From the NCBI GenBank assembly GCA_965209045.1, contig CBDBPW010000001.1:258111-322110 (forward strand): DNA of 64,000 nucleotides. The letters are read 5' to 3'. Below, in pieces: positions 9,514 through 19,354 of the stretch. Source of the stretch: Paracoccaceae bacterium. GTDB taxonomy: Bacteria > Pseudomonadota > Alphaproteobacteria > Rhodobacterales > Rhodobacteraceae. Positions within the stretch are counted from its first letter, which is position 1, and every line of letters starts with the position of its first letter. Made by a program: the position numbers and the translations under genes. Under the pieces are notes generated by a model. The model was given only the letters and a program-made list of their open reading frames with translations, did not search any database and was not told the DNA's origin.

Positions 9514-10443
9514 TCAGATGTCCGCCTTCTCCTTCAACGGGTTTCCCATCTTCAAAATGCCAAAGCTCAGGAAGAAGACGATCACGATCAAGAGCACCGA
9601 GATCGCCGAAGCGTAGCCCAGCTGCTGTGTGTCGAAGGCCCGGTTGTAGATATGTAGCGACAAGAGTTCAGTGGCACGTCCTGGCCCCCCGCCTGTCAGG
9701 ATGTACATCACCTCGAGCGCGCGAAATACATCGATCAAGCGCATCAGAAGCGCGATCAACAGGATTGATCGGATCATCGGCAGCTTGACAAAGAGAATGT
9801 GCTGCCACCAATTCGCTCCGTCGATCTTGGAAGCTTCCAACACCTCTGACGGCAGGGCCTGCAGGCCGGCGATCACGATGATGAAGATAAAGGGCGTCCA
9901 TTGCCAGATGTCGGTGAAAACGATGGCAAAGAAGGCAAGATCGGCATCCCCGAGCCAGACCTGCGGCTCGATGCCGATCTGGCCAAGGTAGTAGTTGATC
10001 CAGCCGATCCGCGCATCGAAGAGATAGCGCCAAATCAGGCCGACCACCACGGGCGACACCATCAGCGGCAGGATGAAAATCGTGCGAAAGACCGACGCGC
10101 CACGAATGGGCCGTTCGAGCAGGAGCGCCAGCGACACGCCCAGGAGCATCTCGATGGAGATGGTCCAGAAGCCGAACTTGAGCGTGACCCAGATCGATTC
10201 CCCGACGTTTTCGTCCCCAATCATCCGGATGAAGTGCCGCAATCCTACGTAGGGGGCATCGTCGAAATCGGTACCGATCTTCCAGTCATAGAAGCTGAGG
10301 TAAAAGGCCTGGATCACCGGATAGACCAATCCCGCCAACATCACCGCAACGGCAGGCAGGATGAAGAAATATGGCCCCAACATCGAAAGATCCCAAGGCC
10401 GCGTTGCAGCAACGGGGACGATGTTTTCGGCGGCATCAGGCAT
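9514..10443 (-). CDS. sugar ABC transporter permease (MalF-type)
   Basis: EAA loop LEASKIDGANWWQHILFVKLPM. The track ORF starts at TTG 10452; the first ATG is 10443. Confidence 0.9.
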   Translation of the reverse strand: MPDAAENIVPVAATRPWDLSMLGPYFFILPAVAVMLAGLVYPVIQAFYLSFYDWKIGTDFDDAPYVGLRHFIRMIGDENVGESIWVTLKFGFWTISIEMLLGVSLALLLERPIRGASVFRTIFILPLMVSPVVVGLIWRYLFDARIGWINYYLGQIGIEPQVWLGDADLAFFAIVFTDIWQWTPFIFIIVIAGLQALPSEVLEASKIDGANWWQHILFVKLPMIRSILLIALLMRLIDVFRALEVMYILTGGGPGRATELLSLHIYNRAFDTQQLGYASAISVLLIVIVFFLSFGILKMGNPLKEKADI

Positions 10444-10509
10444 ATCAGCCAATCTTGATGAGGGACCGGAGGGGCGGTTTCCCGCCCGCTCCTACTGTTT
10501 TCCGAACGT

Positions 10510-11847
10510 TTATTGCGCGGCTCGGTAGTCGGCCCAAGTGTAGTAGCCCTCGCGTTCCATGATGGCGCGCAGCTCTTCATTTGCCTTGTCCATGATCGGC
10601 TGGATCGGATCATCAGTGGTGATGACCTGCGTGAGAGCCTGGCCGAGGACGTCGATGTTGATTTCGTTCCATTCCGGAATCAACGGGCGCCAGTCCGGGT
10701 CGGCGCAGGGAAGCTGATCGGCCACGATCGGGTAATCGTCGAACCCTTCCGTGTTGTTTTGAAGCGTCGATATGCGAACCGGATCGCCTCCGAGTTCGAC
10801 CATGCGCTGGTCGCCGGCCTTGTTGGTCATGTACTGGATGAAGAGGAACGCCGCCTCCCTGTTTGGCGCGTTTGCCGGGATGCCCATGGCGAATCCGCCG
10901 GTTTCCGAGCCGCAACGGGTTCCCACCGGATGGAGGGCGTAGCCGACCTTGCCATCGATCTTCGACAGGTTTGGATTGCGCGACATGGCCGCGATCTTGA
11001 GCGTGTCCAGATGCATGGCGGCATCGCCTTGCAGGAAGGCTGCCGCAGCTTCACCGAAGCCGAAGGTCTCGATGCCGACCGGCCCGGTCTTGGCGACGTG
11101 ACGCATGAATTCGGCAGCCTTCACGGCCTCGGGCGAGTTTACGACCGGGTTCCACTCGTCGTCAAAGATCTTGCCGCCCAACGGGGCGAGATGCAGCAAC
11201 CAGCCTGCGGTCACCTGGTGACCAGTCTTCCCGCGCGAGGTCAGCGCCGGAATGCCCGCGTCATGCAGCTTGGTCATCGCTGCGGCCAGTTCGTCATAAG
11301 TAGTCGGCACTTCGATGCCCTGCTCTTCGAAGATGTCCTTGCGGTAGGCAAGGATCGAGGTCTCGGCCCCGAACGGAATGCCGTAGAGAGCGCCGGAAAC
11401 CCCAGGCATGTATCCCTTCTTGCCACCGACAACGCCGCCGTTCTGCAAGTAGGCGCCGGCAACATCATCGATGTCATATTGCGGATCGACAAGCGAGCCA
11501 GACGTGAAATACTGGCTGAGCGGGGTCAAGAGGCCCTTCGATACGTACTCGCCCTTCCACATGACCACCCAGGAAACGACATCGTATTCGCCCTCCGGCT
11601 TCGACATCTCGAGGATCTGGCGGTCACGCAGCTTGAGATATTGCAACGCATCGATCTCAACTTCGATACCGGTTTCCTCTGTGAATTCATCCACTAGTGC
11701 CTCCGCCGCACTGAAATGCGCAAGCGCGGGCCAGCTGACCACGAGCGTAGTGCCCTCGTATTTCTCGTACGGGTTGGCAAATGACGCGGTTGCACACAGA
11801 AGCGCCGCAACAGTGGCCGTCGTCTTCTTCATTAGTCCATATGACAT
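10510..11847 (-). CDS. ABC transporter extracellular solute-binding protein (sugar family 1)
   Basis: AAAGGAGGATACC precedes ATG 11847. Signal peptide MSYGLMKKTTATVAALLCATASFA. Confidence 0.9.
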   Translation of the reverse strand: MSYGLMKKTTATVAALLCATASFANPYEKYEGTTLVVSWPALAHFSAAEALVDEFTEETGIEVEIDALQYLKLRDRQILEMSKPEGEYDVVSWVVMWKGEYVSKGLLTPLSQYFTSGSLVDPQYDIDDVAGAYLQNGGVVGGKKGYMPGVSGALYGIPFGAETSILAYRKDIFEEQGIEVPTTYDELAAAMTKLHDAGIPALTSRGKTGHQVTAGWLLHLAPLGGKIFDDEWNPVVNSPEAVKAAEFMRHVAKTGPVGIETFGFGEAAAAFLQGDAAMHLDTLKIAAMSRNPNLSKIDGKVGYALHPVGTRCGSETGGFAMGIPANAPNREAAFLFIQYMTNKAGDQRMVELGGDPVRISTLQNNTEGFDDYPIVADQLPCADPDWRPLIPEWNEINIDVLGQALTQVITTDDPIQPIMDKANEELRAIMEREGYYTWADYRAAQ

Positions 11848-11880
11848 GGTATCCTCCTTTGTGTCATTCAATGGAATTCC

Positions 11881-12981
11881 TCAGGTGACGGTATCACCCG
11901 TCGTCTTGTCGAACAGGTAGATTCGATTGGTATCGAACATGTACGTTCCGCTGGTCAGCGGTGCGCTGTCCGGGCCAACCTCGATTGCGGCCGAGACTTG
12001 TCTGCCGCCGATGTCTGCAGCCAGAAACTGGCTTGAGCCGATGTATTCCGCAACTTTCACGTCCAAGTCGACCGGTGCGAGAAAAGACGCCTCGGTCCCG
12101 CCGTCGGCGGGCCGGGCTGCGAAATGCTCAGGCCGAAGGCCAACGATGACCTGGCGCGCCCCGTGCCCCTGCGCGGCCTTGTGCAAACGCGGCGGCAAAG
12201 GCAGGTCGAAGCCCTGTCCCATGACGCGCAGTCCGTCGCCCTGCAACTCCGCGTCGAGGAGATTCATCGAGGGCGAGCCGATGAAGCCCGCGACGAACAG
12301 GTTCCTGGGACTGTTATAGACTTCGCGCGGTGTGCCGACCTGTTGAACGTGCCCCTTTTCCATGATCACGATTCGGTCGGCCATGGTCATGGCTTCGATC
12401 TGGTCATGGGTCACGTAGACCATCGTGCGGTCGAGCCTTTTGTGCAGGATCGCCAGCTCGGTCCGCATGGTCGAACGCAGCTTGGCATCGAGATTCGACA
12501 AAGGCTCGTCGAACAAGAAACAATACGCATCGCGCACGATGGCACGTCCCATGGCGACACGCTGACGCTGCCCACCCGACAAGTCCTTGGGCCTGCGTTC
12601 CAGAAACTCCGTCAGTTCCAGCATCTCGGCCGCGGCCCGGACCCGGCGCGCGACCTCTTCCTTCGACGTACCCGCCAGCCGCAACGCAAAGGACATGTTT
12701 CCAGCTACATCCATATGGGGGTAGAGCGCATAGGACTGGAACACCATGGCAATGTCGCGCTCCTTGGGTCGAGCCCAAGTGACGTCCTTGCCCGCAATCT
12801 GGATCGTGCCGCTGGTCACCGGCTCAAGCCCCGCGATCATCCGCAGCGTCGTTGACTTGCCGCAGCCAGAGGGTCCGACAATGACGACGAACTCACCCTC
12901 GTCAAAAGACAGGTTCAGCGGCGGAATGACATTCACCGTGCCGTAGAACTTGGTCACGTCAACAAGTTGCACACCGCTCAT
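11881..12981 (-). CDS. ABC transporter ATP-binding protein (MalK/UgpC type)
   Basis: Walker [10 protein letters not shown], signature [14 protein letters not shown], Walker [12 protein letters not shown], and a TOBE-like C-terminal domain. Confidence 0.95.
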   Translation of the reverse strand: MSGVQLVDVTKFYGTVNVIPPLNLSFDEGEFVVIVGPSGCGKSTTLRMIAGLEPVTSGTIQIAGKDVTWARPKERDIAMVFQSYALYPHMDVAGNMSFALRLAGTSKEEVARRVRAAAEMLELTEFLERRPKDLSGGQRQRVAMGRAIVRDAYCFLFDEPLSNLDAKLRSTMRTELAILHKRLDRTMVYVTHDQIEAMTMADRIVIMEKGHVQQVGTPREVYNSPRNLFVAGFIGSPSMNLLDAELQGDGLRVMGQGFDLPLPPRLHKAAQGHGARQVIVGLRPEHFAARPADGGTEASFLAPVDLDVKVAEYIGSSQFLAADIGGRQVSAAIEVGPDSAPLTSGTYMFDTNRIYLFDKTTGDTVT

Positions 12982-13958
12982 CAGCTTTCCTCTTCGGACG
13001 GTCGTCCCGCCTCTGCGCCCCGATTGAACTTGATCCGCCGAATGATCTCCTCGTCACGCCGACGCTTGAAGGCCTCAGCGTCCCGTACGGTCCAGTCATA
13101 AAACCCCCGGCCCGACTTCATGCCCAGTTTGCCGTTGCTGAACAATTCGCCGACCGGGGTATCGGCGGGGTCGGCGACGGTTGACAGGTCGGCCCAAACC
13201 GCCTTGGCCGCGTCTGAGTTGATCAAGTCCAGTCCGGCAAGGTCAGCGTGCTCGAATGCCCCCATGGCGGGAAGGCGCGATGCGTAGCCGACTTTCAGGA
13301 TCGTGTCGCAGGCCTTTGGGGTCACCAGATCCCGGCCGACGAGTGATGCAAACTCGCGCAGCACCGCATGCTGGATTCGCGACCACAGAAAGCCTGGAAT
13401 GTCCGGGCATGTGACCGGCGTCTTGCCAGTTTGCGCCAAGAGCGCGGTTGTGGCCGCGACGGCACTGTCCGAACTGCCGCACCCAGGCACCACCTCGACA
13501 AGCTCGACCAGATGGGCGGGTTGGGCATAATGGGCAATGCAGAAATTCTGCGGGCGCCTGAGGTTGGATTGCAGAGCGCTGGCACTCAGGGCGGAAGTAG
13601 TGGAGGACAGGACTGTCGTCACTGGTGCAGCCAGTTCTGCCTCACCCAGCAACGCCCGCTTCAACGTGAGATCCTCCGCTATCGCCTCAATAACAAAGCC
13701 TGCATCCACGACGGAATTGGCAAGGTCGGCCCGAGGCGTGATCCGTTCCAGAACCGCCGTGCGGTCCCCGGCATCAGTCAACCCATGTCCCACGAGAAAG
13801 TCAAAGTCTTCTGTACAGCGATCAAGCGCGGGACCAAGCGCCTCGGCACGACGTCCCCAGAGCGTCACATGCGCTCCTCCCAAGGCAAGGGACAGGGCGA
13901 TCTGCCCGCCCATTGTACCCGAGCCCAGCACGGCGCATCTCGGTAGGTCAGCCGACAT
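12981..13958 (-). CDS. 3-hydroxyacyl-CoA dehydrogenase family NAD-binding protein
   Basis: Rossmann start [20 protein letters not shown] and C-terminal [14 protein letters not shown]. The track ORF starts at TTG 13988; I prefer ATG 13958. Confidence 0.8.
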   Translation of the reverse strand: MSADLPRCAVLGSGTMGGQIALSLALGGAHVTLWGRRAEALGPALDRCTEDFDFLVGHGLTDAGDRTAVLERITPRADLANSVVDAGFVIEAIAEDLTLKRALLGEAELAAPVTTVLSSTTSALSASALQSNLRRPQNFCIAHYAQPAHLVELVEVVPGCGSSDSAVAATTALLAQTGKTPVTCPDIPGFLWSRIQHAVLREFASLVGRDLVTPKACDTILKVGYASRLPAMGAFEHADLAGLDLINSDAAKAVWADLSTVADPADTPVGELFSNGKLGMKSGRGFYDWTVRDAEAFKRRRDEEIIRRIKFNRGAEAGRPSEEES

Positions 13959-14898
13959 AGTGCCAGCCACCGTCGCGCTGTTCGGCAAGCCCCTTCGCGA
14001 CGAAGTCCTTCAGGCTGGCGTCAATCGACACCAGCGCGCGCCATTCGCGGACCACGTTCTGATCGTCGCAGCACTTGTCGCGAAGTTCCGAAAAGGAAAT
14101 GCCCGGGTTCGTCTTCATGTGGGTGATCATCGAGGTCTCCACCTTGTCCACGCGACGACGGCAATCGTCGACCAGTTCCAGGGTTTCGACGACGGTCTTC
14201 GCGTCGTCATGGGCCAGGAGAACGGACTGCACGTCACGCTCGATCAGGAAGTTCTCGATCTTGCCGAACGTGGCACGCATCACGTTTGGATCCTCATAGA
14301 GATAGAGAACCGGATTGAATGGTGGCAACAGCGGGTCGGCCAGGACCAGCGTCTTGGTCGAAAGCTCAAAATAGCCCACCTCGCACATTGAATGGCCGAA
14401 CACTTCGACGACCTCCAAAGCGACACCGCCGCCTAGATCGATCACGTCGCCATCCTTGATGAAATCCTCGATCGGGCCTTCGGTCGGGCCCATCCAGTCG
14501 AGATATTCCGTGTTGAGGTCAAATTGTTCGCCCTCGGGGAATGCGTGCACGATTGTCTTGGCGTTCAGCAAGTTGTCGGCCACGCGATCCGCGCGGGCGC
14601 GGTGACCGAGAATCCTGCAGCCCGTCTCGGCCTTGAGCCAGCCGTTGTTGCCGACGTGATCCATGTGCTCGTGGGTCAGGAGCAGGAAGTCGAGGTCCCC
14701 GCGCGCGATGCCAAGCTCTTCGAAAGCTTGCTTGAGCGCCGGCAGGCCGCCGTAAAGGCCGCTGTCGATCAGGCCGATCCTGTCGGCGCCGCGCACAAAG
14801 AAGACCCGGGTTGCCGTCTTGCCTTCGTGATCCCCGGGCAGTCCCATCGAAACGGTGGAAAACGGGCCAGACCGATAGCTGATGACCGACTTTTCCAT
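13948..14898 (-). CDS. MBL-fold metallo-hydrolase
   Basis: LTHEHMDHVGN (HxHxDH). GAGGAGGAACCGCA precedes ATG 14898 (MEKSVISY); the longer track ORF extends to 14997. Confidence 0.85.
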   Translation of the reverse strand: MEKSVISYRSGPFSTVSMGLPGDHEGKTATRVFFVRGADRIGLIDSGLYGGLPALKQAFEELGIARGDLDFLLLTHEHMDHVGNNGWLKAETGCRILGHRARADRVADNLLNAKTIVHAFPEGEQFDLNTEYLDWMGPTEGPIEDFIKDGDVIDLGGGVALEVVEVFGHSMCEVGYFELSTKTLVLADPLLPPFNPVLYLYEDPNVMRATFGKIENFLIERDVQSVLLAHDDAKTVVETLELVDDCRRRVDKVETSMITHMKTNPGISFSELRDKCCDDQNVVREWRALVSIDASLKDFVAKGLAEQRDGGWHYVG

Positions 14899-14911
14899 TG
14901 CGGTTCCTCCT

Positions 14912-15552
14912 CTATTGTCCCTTGAAGGCGGGAGCGCCCTCTTCCATGAAGACGATGATGCCTTCCTTGCCGCCCTCGGTTCCAGAGACGGCGTCAAGCA
15001 CGCAATGTACCCGCGTCAGCCCGACATTGAGCACCGCATCGAACCCATTTTCAACGACACGCCTAGCTTCCCGCAAGGCTACCGGCGCAATTTCGGCCAG
15101 TGCTTCGGCGAACTCCATCGTCCGCGACATCAACGCGTCATGTGCGCCGGTCTCCAACGCCGCGCCGGTCTCGACTGCTTCGGCGGCCGGCATCGCCTGT
15201 CCCGTCATCAGGATATCAATGGCCCTCATCGACCCTGGCACATGGGGCAGGCACCGTGCCCCGCTACCTCCCGGGATGAGGCCAAGCTTGATTTGCACGT
15301 GCCCCAGCTTGGCCCCTTCGCTGACGAAGGCAAGGTCGCAGCGCATCACCAGTTCGAGTCCGCCACAAGGCGCGTAGACGCTGGCCGCGCAGACCTTCGC
15401 TCGGGGCTGCCCCGCAGCCGGGCCAAAGGTCTGGTGCGAACGGCGCTGGAGTCCATCAAGCACGGTCTGCCCTACATCGTGACAACCCACGATATCCGCA
15501 TCCGCCACAATTGCGCGCCCGGTACCGGTCACGACCAGGACCTCGTCCGGCA
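14912..15552 (-). pseudogene. enoyl-CoA hydratase/isomerase (crotonase) fragment lacking about 45 N-terminal codons
   Basis: ..DEVLVVTGTGRAIVADADI..CGGLELVMRCDLAFVSEGAKLGHVQIKLGLIPGGSG..MTGQAMPAAEAVETGA follows the crotonase fold, but there is no N-terminus and the oxyanion and catalytic positions are degenerate. Confidence 0.7.
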
Positions 15553-16013
15553 GCCTGAATGGGTCGGTTCAGCAAGTCCCGCCCCATCCCCTGTCTGGCC
15601 TGCCAACTGCCGGTGCTTCGACCCGATCGCCTGGCATAGGTGAACTTCGAGTTGACCGACTTGAAGTCCTCATGGGCCAACCCCAGCCGATCCGTCACGC
15701 CAGTCCGGAAATTCCCGGTCACGACATCGCAGGCATTGGCCATCGCAAGAAGCGGGACGCGACCATCCCGGGGCTTCAGATCGATCGTTATCGACCGTTC
15801 GTTCCGATTGAAGGTGTGGAACGCCGCGCCTTCCTTGCCAACGAATCCCCCGATCATGGGCATCGACCTTCTCCACCCGCCCTTGCCATGCCGTTCGATC
15901 TTCAGAACGACGGCACTCGTGTCCGCACTCGTTTGCGTGCAAGGCCGACCGAGCATCATTTGCGCGACGTCAGGGACCCGGATGCCATCAAAGACACCAG
16001 GCACGTCGGTCAT
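15553..16013 (-). pseudogene. family III CoA-transferase (CaiB/BaiF) N-terminal fragment of about 150 codons
   Basis: FDGIRVPDV..VVLKIE..FNRNERSITIDLKPRDG..CDVVTGNFRTGVTDRLGLAHEDF matches the first third of CaiB-type enzymes. It then runs out of frame into the crotonase fragment. Confidence 0.7.
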
Positions 16014-16154
16014 TCCGGCGTCCTCCCAAGGATTGCGAGAAAACAGAGTTCCTCTCAGATGATTAAGCGCGTTACCATACAGAACTTGCCATTAAAACAA
16101 AAAAAGGATCCCAAATCGAAGCGAGACTGGAAGGGGATTGCCGACATTGCGACA

Positions 16155-16912
16155 ATGGCGGAAATCGCGAGGAAGGTCGGCGTGTCTCAATGGGTCGTCT
16201 CTCGCGTCCCAACAAGGACCGAACCCTCAGGATCAGCAAAGAAGCGCGGGCACGCGTCGAAGACACGTTAATCGAATTGGGCTGCTCTCCTAACGTTGTG
16301 GCGCAATCCCTTGCCTCGTCACGTTCTGGCACAATTGCCGTCGTCGTGCATGACATTTCCGATCCAAAGAATGGTGCAGTCCTGCGTGGAGCCCAGCAAG
16401 AGACCGCCCGGCAGGGCATGGCCGTGCTTCTGGGCGATGCTTCCACCGGGACCGAGAGCAATGCACGATTGGCACGGATGATCCGCGGCGGCGGGGTCGA
16501 CGGTCTCATCCTGCAAGGCGCTGGTGAGAATTCTGACTCCCAGATTGCCGCCGCCGTCCGCAAGGCCGTTCCGATTGTGCTCTTGCACGCAGACATGGAA
16601 ATCGACGCGCGTCTCGTTTGCCTTCCCGACAAGGAAGCCGCGTTGCTTGCGACGGGTCACTTGCGCGATCTTGGTCATCAGTGCATCGGGTGCCTGGCGA
16701 CCGAGTCGGGACTGACGTGCACCGACGCCCGACTGTCAGGCTGGCGCCAAGCGACGGGGACGGATGCAGACGACTCCCTCATCGTGCACGCCTCCCCAAA
16801 TGCCACCCAGGGCGAACTCGGGATGCAGGAACCGCCCGAACGCCGCTCCGGCATCACCGCCGTCGTCTGCTTCAATGTCGTTTCGGCGGTCTGCGCGTTG
16901 CGTCAGATCTAG
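16155..16912 (+). pseudogene. LacI-family regulator, 5' part (frameshifted, then interrupted by an IS)
   Basis: The HTH MAEIARKVGVSQWVVSRV is in one frame and ..NKDRTLRISKEARARVEDTLIELGCSPNVVAQSL.. continues in another (1-nt shift near 16207-16212). The periplasmic-binding-fold core runs to ..AVVCFNVVSAVCALRQI, followed by TAG 16910. Confidence 0.85.
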
Positions 16913-16913
16913 T
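16908..16913. repeat. target-site duplication TCTAGT, left copy
   Basis: Identical hexamer at 18915-18920, each directly abutting the terminal inverted repeats. Confidence 0.7.
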
Positions 16914-18914
16914 CGGAACTTCACTGACCTGAAAGACGGTTTTGGCCAAGCGTGACTGGGTTTTTGCCGGATTCAGCCTGTCACGCTTATGTAAGCATCC
17001 AGGTCCGCGCCGAGCAGCCCGAACGCCTTCGCCTGCAGTTCGGTCGGCTCCGTGGCGATCCGGAACAGGCTGTCGGGCCGTCCCGGAAGCGAGGCGTCGT
17101 TCAGCGTCAGCGTGCCGAGGTCGTCGAGCAGGGTGCGGAAGCTGTGGACCGGCAGCCCGTCGGGGGTCCGCTTCGTGTCGGCCTTTGCCTTCGCGCTCTT
17201 CGAGACCTCGGCCTTCTCCACCGGCGAGCTGCGCTGCGTCCGGGCGCCCTCGCGGTCGTCGTCCTCGAACAGCATCGGCGCGAGGCGCCGGCGCATGTGC
17301 CATTCCACGTGGAGCGCGAGCATGCACATGAACACGTGCGCCTTCACGTGGTCGGCCGAATACACGTAGACAGGACGGATGCGCAGGTCGGTCTTCGCGT
17401 TGCGGAACGCGCGCTCCACGCCCGCGAGCGACTTGTACGCATCGACCGCGGCCGCCGTCCCCATGGCCTCCGGTCCCAGGCTGGTGCGGATCACGTAGAC
17501 GCCGTCGAGCCTGGCCTCGGCGGCGATCCGGTCCTCGCGGCGGCGCCAGGCGATGCTGCCGTCGGCGACGTCGACCTCGAGATGCTTGCCCACCTTGCGG
17601 CGGTTCACGTCCCGGCCCACCCGGCGGTCGATCGCCGCCCGGCCCTTGAGCCGGCCCGAGCGCACCGACGCCGCGATCCCGTGCAGCGCCTCCTCCGTGG
17701 CCTTGAGCAGGTCCTCGCGCTTGCGCCGTCTCTCCTCGCGGAGCCGGGGGTTCAGGCAGACCATCAGCCGCTCGCCGGGGAAGTCCGGGCCCGTGACCTC
17801 CGCCACGGCGTCGGGCACCAGCGCCTCGGGCACGAGCGGCGCGGGCGCGCCGTCCGGGCCCTCCCTCAGCAGCTTGCGGATGTCCGCCGTCTTCAGGGCC
17901 GAGATCCAGTCGAGCCCCGCCGGCTCGAGGTCCTCGCGGATCCGGGCCGTGGTGAGCATCCCCCTGTCGCCCACCAGCGCGACGCGCCCGATGCCGAAGC
18001 GCTTCCGGACCTTGTCCACCTGGCTTGAGACGGTGGAGGGGTCGGACGCGTTGCCGGGGAAGACCTCCACGGCGACGGGACACCCGTCGGAGGCGCAGAG
18101 CATCCCGAACACGATCTGCCGCTTGCCCTTCTTGCCGTCGCGGTTGTGGCCGAAGGCCGCGAGCGTGCACTTCGAGCCTTCCAGGTAGCTGGAGCTGACG
18201 TCGTACAGGATGAGCGTGCCGTCCTTCAGGTACCTGTTCGCGAGGCTCCGCTCGATCCAGGGCTGGCGCTTCAGCAGCCAGTCGAGCATGTCCAGCACCT
18301 CGTTGCCGGAGACGGGCCCGAGCCCGAGCAGGGATCCGAGGCTCGTCGAGGCGGTCTCCGGGTCCAGCGCCCGGGCCGTCGCGAGCTTCGAGGCCGGGCC
18401 GATGATCCGCGCGGCGACGGCGGCGAGCGCGAGGTCCCGCATGCGTTCCGCCTTCCGGCCGAGGATCCTCGCCATGCCGAGCGAGCGCATCGTGCCCAGC
18501 ACGGCGGCCACGTGGCCGTGGGGAAGGGAGCGGCGGATGGCGAAGGCCTTGCGGGGGTCGTCGAGGACGACCCCGCCCCTGAGCACGGCGCGGAAGCCGT
18601 CGACGACGGCGGGATCGAGGCCGGAGAGGTTGGCGACGGTCTTGTGGCGCACGCGCCGTCCCTCGCACCATGTCTTCCTGAGGAGGACGGCCCTGGTTCC
18701 GTACTGGTTGGGGATCACGTCGATTCGGATGGACATCCGCTTATGTAAGTTGTTTCCTGCCTGTCATTCCGCAAATAAGGCAAGGGATCGGCGATGTCAA
18801 CGAACTTCTTATGTAAGTTGGAATCCCGCACCGGGCGCCCCGTGACCGGCAAGAGGCCGTTGCGTTTCAGTGCGTTGTGCGGGATGAGCGGCCGATCAGG
18901 GGCTGGAAGTTCCG
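16914..18914 (-). mobile_element. complete IS element, IS4-superfamily (best guess IS1634 family), about 2.0 kb
   Basis: Terminal inverted repeats CGGAACTTCACTGACCTGA (16914 inward) and CGGAACTTCCAGCCCCTGA (18914 inward): the first 9 nt are identical, and a further CCTGA aligns at the same offset. Flanked by the 6-bp direct repeat TCTAGT. Single 587-aa transposase ORF. Confidence 0.85.
16973..18736 (-). CDS. DDE transposase (IS1634-like)
   Basis: 587-aa intact ORF with LYDVSSSYLEG..RDGKKGKRQIVFGML..VALVGDRGM..YKSLAGVERAFRNAK segments typical of IS4/IS1634-type DDE transposases. Confidence 0.85.
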   Translation of the reverse strand: MSIRIDVIPNQYGTRAVLLRKTWCEGRRVRHKTVANLSGLDPAVVDGFRAVLRGGVVLDDPRKAFAIRRSLPHGHVAAVLGTMRSLGMARILGRKAERMRDLALAAVAARIIGPASKLATARALDPETASTSLGSLLGLGPVSGNEVLDMLDWLLKRQPWIERSLANRYLKDGTLILYDVSSSYLEGSKCTLAAFGHNRDGKKGKRQIVFGMLCASDGCPVAVEVFPGNASDPSTVSSQVDKVRKRFGIGRVALVGDRGMLTTARIREDLEPAGLDWISALKTADIRKLLREGPDGAPAPLVPEALVPDAVAEVTGPDFPGERLMVCLNPRLREERRRKREDLLKATEEALHGIAASVRSGRLKGRAAIDRRVGRDVNRRKVGKHLEVDVADGSIAWRRREDRIAAEARLDGVYVIRTSLGPEAMGTAAAVDAYKSLAGVERAFRNAKTDLRIRPVYVYSADHVKAHVFMCMLALHVEWHMRRRLAPMLFEDDDREGARTQRSSPVEKAEVSKSAKAKADTKRTPDGLPVHSFRTLLDDLGTLTLNDASLPGRPDSLFRIATEPTELQAKAFGLLGADLDAYISVTG

Positions 18915-18920
18915 TCTAGT
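18915..18920. repeat. target-site duplication TCTAGT, right copy
   Basis: See 16908-16913. Confidence 0.7.
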
Positions 18921-19153
18921 CGGCAGGCCTCGGAGTACCTGACAACTCTTCGGTGATCGCCATTCACGATTTGCAGTTCGCGCCCGACCTCAGCGTCCCA
19001 TCGACCGTGCTCGCGATGCCGCTTTCGGAAATGGGTGAACCGGCCGCAAAGTCCATCTGTGTCCCGTAGCCGTCGGCCAGGACATGTACTGTATTCAGCC
19101 AACGGCCTGAACTTATCGTTCGAAAAGGTGCCGCACCCCCAATTGCGACCTAG
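18920..19153 (+). pseudogene. LacI-family regulator, 3' part
   Basis: Removing the IS and one TSD copy restores the reading frame: ..ALRQI*SAGLGVPDNSSVIAIHDLQFAPDLSVPSTVLAMPLSEMGEPAAKSICVP*PSARTCTVFSQRPELIVRKGAAPPIAT*. This is a typical LacI C-terminus with in-frame TAGs at 16910 and 19067. Confidence 0.85.
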
Positions 19154-19354
19154 CGCGCTGTCCCAAGATTGCCGAGGCGGTCGCGTTCGACGCCAACATC
19201 GTCGAACCTTGCAAATGTGATTGAATGCCGAGCGTCGCAATTGGTCAATGCGAAATCCGGGACAAGTCTGAGGTGGCGCTGAAGCCTCTCAGGCCAGCCA
19301 TCGAGCGCAACACGACATCCACGTAGCGCCCGCAATCGGCTTCTTGGCAACGAC

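Noticed and set aside
16014-16154. LacI operator in the divergent region (TTAAGCGCGTTAC).
   Set aside because: Only 3-bp arms around a GC core, and odd symmetry. Not convincing without comparative data.
16872-18671. 599-aa Arg/Pro/Gly-rich ORF on the same strand as the transposase. Other long overlapping ORFs are similar, e.g. 1765-3513, 28902-30038, 40541-42235, 48763-50127 and 6225-7154.
   Set aside because: These are typical high-GC alternative-frame artefacts with low-complexity composition. Each overlaps a gene with clear family motifs.
16969-18826. GGATTC/GAATCC inverted repeat as the IS termini.
   Set aside because: The outer pair CGGAACTTC.. at 16914 and 18914 is longer, is flanked by a perfect 6-bp direct repeat, and restores the LacI frame when excised.
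16910-19069. Two in-frame TAG codons in the LacI gene read as recoded codons (pyrrolysine or read-through).
   Set aside because: The same gene also has a frameshift and an IS insertion. No Pyl machinery is expected in this lineage. Plain nonsense mutations in a pseudogene are the simpler reading.
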